Assembly (NCBI RefSeq): GCF_009914755.1
Contig: NC_060942.1
Reading direction: 5' to 3' (one strand)
From: the human T2T-CHM13v2.0 reference genome, Homo sapiens
Length of the DNA: 64,000 nucleotides
Shown here: one piece after another, positions 58,661 through 64,000 of the stretch
Position numbering within the stretch: the stretch's first letter is position 1
Layout: every line of letters begins with the position of its first letter
The notes under the pieces: generated by a model
Told to the model about the DNA's origin: nothing
Database searches by the model: none
What the model saw: only the letters and a program-made list of their open reading frames with translations
Made by a program: the position numbers and the translations under genes

Positions 58661-59349
58661 ATAATACAATAGTCAGTGGAATCATTTTGAAACACTAGCT
58701 AGAAGAAAATTGAATAAGTGTTCACATATTACATTTGTGTATCTATTGCCAAAAAATTGTTAAATTGAATTTTAAAAAGAGGCATGGTCATTGTCTTTGT
58801 TTACTCATTTATTTATTATTTATGCCAGGAACATGTTTCAAGCTGGTGATGATGTGATAAACATGACTAGGATGGTCTGACTTCAAGAAGCTTGAACTCT
58901 CATGGAGAATGCTAGCAAATAATAATTTTTTAAAAAGCTAAATTTTTCTCTAGACCTGCTTCACATACCCTATTTTTCAGTTGTTAGTGACTCTGTCTTT
59001 CCAGAGGTTCATCTTTGGAGGCATCTTTGATTCATTTTTCTTAGCCTTATAGTTTGTCAACTAATACTGTTAGCTCTACCTACAAAATATATTTATAATC
59101 CAAACTTTTTTTTTCATAATTCGAACATTTATTTCTGATTCTGCTGCTACTACCCTAGTCCAAGTCACAATAATCTCAAGCAGATTACTACAATATTCTC
59201 TTAAATGGCTTCACATTTACCTCCCCCCAGTCTATTCTCAACACCACAATTAGAAGGATCCTGTTAAAACTGTAAATAAGATCCATTCATCTGCTCACAA
59301 TGTTGGTAGCTACCAATTTCCCTCAGGAGAGAAGCAGAAGTCCTCAATC

Positions 59350-60495
<1,146 letters not shown>

Positions 60496-60884
60496 TGAGT
60501 TGTGTGTCTGTGTGTGGGGGTGCCTGGATGAACAAATTCCTTAAAATAGCTTCTGAGGCCCTACATCATCTGGTCGCTGCCTCCCCCAGTAGTTCTCTAG
60601 TATATCCAGATTCTCTTTCCCAGTCACTCAGCAGGAGCCAAAGAGGTCTTTTTGCCCTTTCTCAGACATATTACTCATCCTTCAGCCTCAAGACCTTTGC
60701 ACTGGCTGTTACTCTCCAGAGTGCCCTTCTCTGACATATTGACATGGCTCACTCCTCCACTTCCTTCAAATCTTTGCTAAAATGTCATCTTGTATGTGAA
60801 ACATAGATTGTAATACCCTTCCCCACCATGCGTAACAAATTCCCCTTATCTTGCTCTATTTTTTCCCCAGAACATTATCTTTTT

Positions 60885-61305
60885 GTAGTAAAGGCTTTGG
60901 ATGCTCACCCATATCTGATTCTCTTCTCCTTTCAAGCATACAGAAGAATTAATCTTCCCTGCACCCCGAACCCACCACCATAGAAATGCAGACATGTGAT
61001 TAGTTCTGCCCAATGGGTCATCAGCAGCACTGACATGTGCCATTTCTACACCAAGATATTTAACTGTCAGTACAAGGCCTTCTAGTGATTTCTTGCACAA
61101 CTGTAGTAATCACAAAGCCGACTTCATTTGCAGATTGAGATGCTGAAGATTAAAGCATTCCAGATTGTAAAAGCACTACAGAGATGAAAGTTTCCCTGGA
61201 GAGTCATCCGGACCTACAGCACATTTTTCATGGGTGATCAATTTTATGTGAGATTACGGGCTGCTTGATACTGCAGCATAGTTTAGCCTATGTTGATGGG
61301 TGTAT
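60885..61305 (+). mobile_element. MaLR LTR (MLT1J-like)
   Basis: TGTAGTAAAGG..CATGTGATTAGTTCTGCCCAATGG..GCTTGATACTGCAGCATAGTTTAGCCTA. Confidence 0.7.
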
Positions 61306-61497
61306 CTAATAGTATTTATTTTTATTGTTCATTTTTTCTTTAGTGTCCTTCTCATCCCACAAGAATGCATGGCATAATGCCAAGGGGTTGCATCTCTTTT
61401 GTTACTAGTCTCTCTCTAAACCCCTGAAACACTACCTGGCACATCTTAGATATTTATTAGATGAACAGAATGAAGTAATATATAATTTTAAAAAGCA

Positions 61498-61825
61498 GGC
61501 TAGGTGTTGCAGCTCAAATCCCAGCAGTTTAGGAGGCTGAGGGAGGAGGGTCAGTTGAGGCCAAGAGTTTGAGACCAATATGGGCAACATAGTAAGACCC
61601 CAGTGCTACAAAAAATTTTAAAAAATTAGCCAGGCATGGTGGTACATGCCTATAATCCCAGCTACTTGGGAGGCTGAGGTGGGAAGATTGCTTAAGCTCA
61701 GGAGTTTGAGGCTGCAGTGACCCAAGGTCTTACCACTGTATTCCAGCCTGGGGAGCAGAGTGAGACTATATCTATATATTATATATTATATGTAAGTTTA
61801 TATATATATTTAATACATATTAAAT
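61498..61825 (+). mobile_element. AluJ with a TA-rich tail
   Basis: GGGCAACATAGTAAGACCCC..GGAAGATTGCTTAAGCTCAGGAGTTTGAGGCTGCAGTGA; (TA)n-like tail at about 61770-61825. Confidence 0.9.
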
Positions 61826-63727
61826 AAAATTTCACAAGTGTTGTGAAAGAGAAATACTCCACAGTATTAGCAGGGTGACCTCACCTATTCAGTGGATTAG
61901 CATAGTCTTCTCTAATGAAATGACTTTTAAGCCAAATTCTGAAAATAATCAATAGTAGTGAGTTAGGTGATGAGAATTACAGAACCAGGAGGCACTGTCT
62001 TGCAAGGCTCTGAGCAATTACAACTCGGACCAGTGCTAGGAAGGAGTTACAGTGTCATGAGAGCCTATGATGGGAGGATTTGGCCCCTTCAGGGCAAACG
62101 ACAGTGTAACAAAAGTCATTGGTAGGAAGGAAGCAAAAATAAAATTAGGGGAAAAAAGTGAGATCATATACAATCAAGTAAATTTGAGGTACAACAATAT
62201 GTTAACAATTATGGCAAGAATATAACAGCATATATTAAAGAATTTACAGAAGGCATTATGGAAGAGTGAGAAATGAGCTGGAATTTTAGCTGCAGATGAG
62301 GATGAGAGAGCAAAAGAAAGCAGGATACCCCACTGCTCACTGGGGTCTGATGCTATGCAGAGCAAAGATCTCACATAAACACAGACACAGGAATGCCATT
62401 AGCAAAGATGTAAAACCGTGGTGAAACCAACGTAACTACAATTGAAGGGAGAATTTTGAGGGCAAACTCCTATTGCAAAAGCAAATGGGATAGATAAGAT
62501 GGGATCAGTTCCTTGGGAGCTGCTAATGCCTGGACTGAGAATATGATCAGAGCAGTGTGATGAAAAAAGTATTTAGGAAGATGACTCAGGCACCAGTGGC
62601 CGAACAGCCCAAAAGTTTTTAATGAGAGGGAAGTTGAATGGCCCAAACCACTGCTCCATCTAGCAAATATTTATCAAGCAACTACTATATACAATGTAAA
62701 TAAGGCATTATTTTTAATGTCTAGAATATATTCCTTAACTTTCTGGTTCTGATATTTCTAATAAATGTGAATGTTTACACGTACAAATAATTACTCAGAT
62801 GCCCTGTGAATGTCAGACTAAAACTGTAAATTGGGATCAGATTGACTTATATCAAAACCACTGGACAATTTAATTTCTACAGTCCCTTTACCTGGAGAGA
62901 TGCTTACTTAGAATTCCTGTTTTGAATTAAGAAGGACACACAGTTTAGTTGCCTCTAGGGATTTGGGCCTTTTAGAGGTTATTTTTAGAAAGATTTGTTT
63001 TGGGAGAGGTCAGTTGGTCTACAGTTCCAGCTGAAAAGTTTTATGGCTAGAGCTAATTAGTTTCCTTAGTATTATTTTTGGCCCTTCTCTAATCTCTGTT
63101 AATAACAGGAAAATACACAGAAAATTGCTCCAAATCCACAAAGAAATAGGAGAGTCATGGTGCCTTAGTAGAAAGAAGCTACAAGAAGAAATAAGTCAGT
63201 TAAAAGGAACATATTAAAAACAAGTAAAATAACGTATGATCAATAATATGTAGTCTGAATATTGAAAACATTTTAGATGGATTATATTTCAGAAGATCAT
63301 AAAATATCTTGACCCCTCCCACTTAGAAGTATCACAAAATTGCCCTACGATCATAAGTAATTCTCTTTCAAGTCTTCCAGAATGCCAGGATGATATATAG
63401 TTGCCATCAGTCAAATTGTCTGAGTGATGCTTTAAGTATATATATAAAGTAACACGTATAAATAATGAGATAATTTCAGAAAGAACTACATACTTATCTT
63501 TTTTTTGCTATAAGATGACCTATCAATTCACCCTTAAATACTAATCCTGATGAAAGTCTTATTTTAAAGAATTTTTTGCAGATACTTATCTTGGATACAG
63601 TATACACTGAATAGCAATAGAAATAATACGCTCTAGGACAGTACGAAAACTAATGTGTCAAAGTTAACATTTCATAAGGTGTATTGAAAAAAATTGTATA
63701 GAGTTCTCTTAAGAAGATTCGGAGAAT

Positions 63728-64000
63728 TCTGGTTCTGCCAATATGGAGTAGCCCACTCCTCCCAGGTCCTCCCTCTTGCAATTGAAAAACCCTGGACGTA
63801 ACACAAGCATAGGAAGACTCTGAAAGGTGAAAACAGAGGCAGACAATCTAACAGCCTTAGGAGTTGTGGAACTCATGGAAGCAAGTTCTCTGGGTTTCTG
63901 TATTGCTTCCTGTATGTTCCAGATAGGAGCTTACAGTTGTGGCAGGGTCAAGCAGAAGTGGATCTAGCATGCATCCTTCCCACCCACACCTCCTCCCAGA
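63728..64000 (+). mobile_element. Probable old L1M 5' end running off the window
   Basis: TTCTGGTTCTGCCAATATGGAGTAGC..AAACCCTGGAC..AAGCATAGGAAGACTCTGAAAGGTG resembles L1M4/MC 5' ends. Confidence 0.55.

Overview
This is primate genomic DNA, probably human or another hominoid, from an AT-rich, CpG-poor, repeat-dense intergenic or deep-intronic region. I find no host protein-coding gene, RNA gene or CRISPR array. ORF-track entries that resemble proteins are decayed L1 ORF1/ORF2 or ERV gag/pol; the rest look like chance ORFs. Main elements: an internally deleted two-LTR LTR18/HERV-S (HERVL18) provirus on the minus strand (19072-22105) with a tRNA-Ser PBS; a full-length dead L1PA (about PA4-6) on the minus strand (50767-56929) with a perfect 14-bp TSD and a probable 3' transduction; a 3.4-kb L1PB containing an AluY; a solo MER11 LTR; a young 159-bp L1PA2-type stub with a perfect 15-bp TSD; and many Alu, MIR, L2, MaLR/ERVL LTR, Tigger and hAT fossils, often nested. 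I see no evidence for a previously undescribed biological system. The best leads are small: the candidate transduction, template-switch/micro-inversion scars, asymmetric LTRs with duplicated bZIP sites, and a retroposon strand bias. Subfamily names come from recalled consensus sequences and need RepeatMasker/Dfam confirmation. Boundaries without a TSD are approximate.
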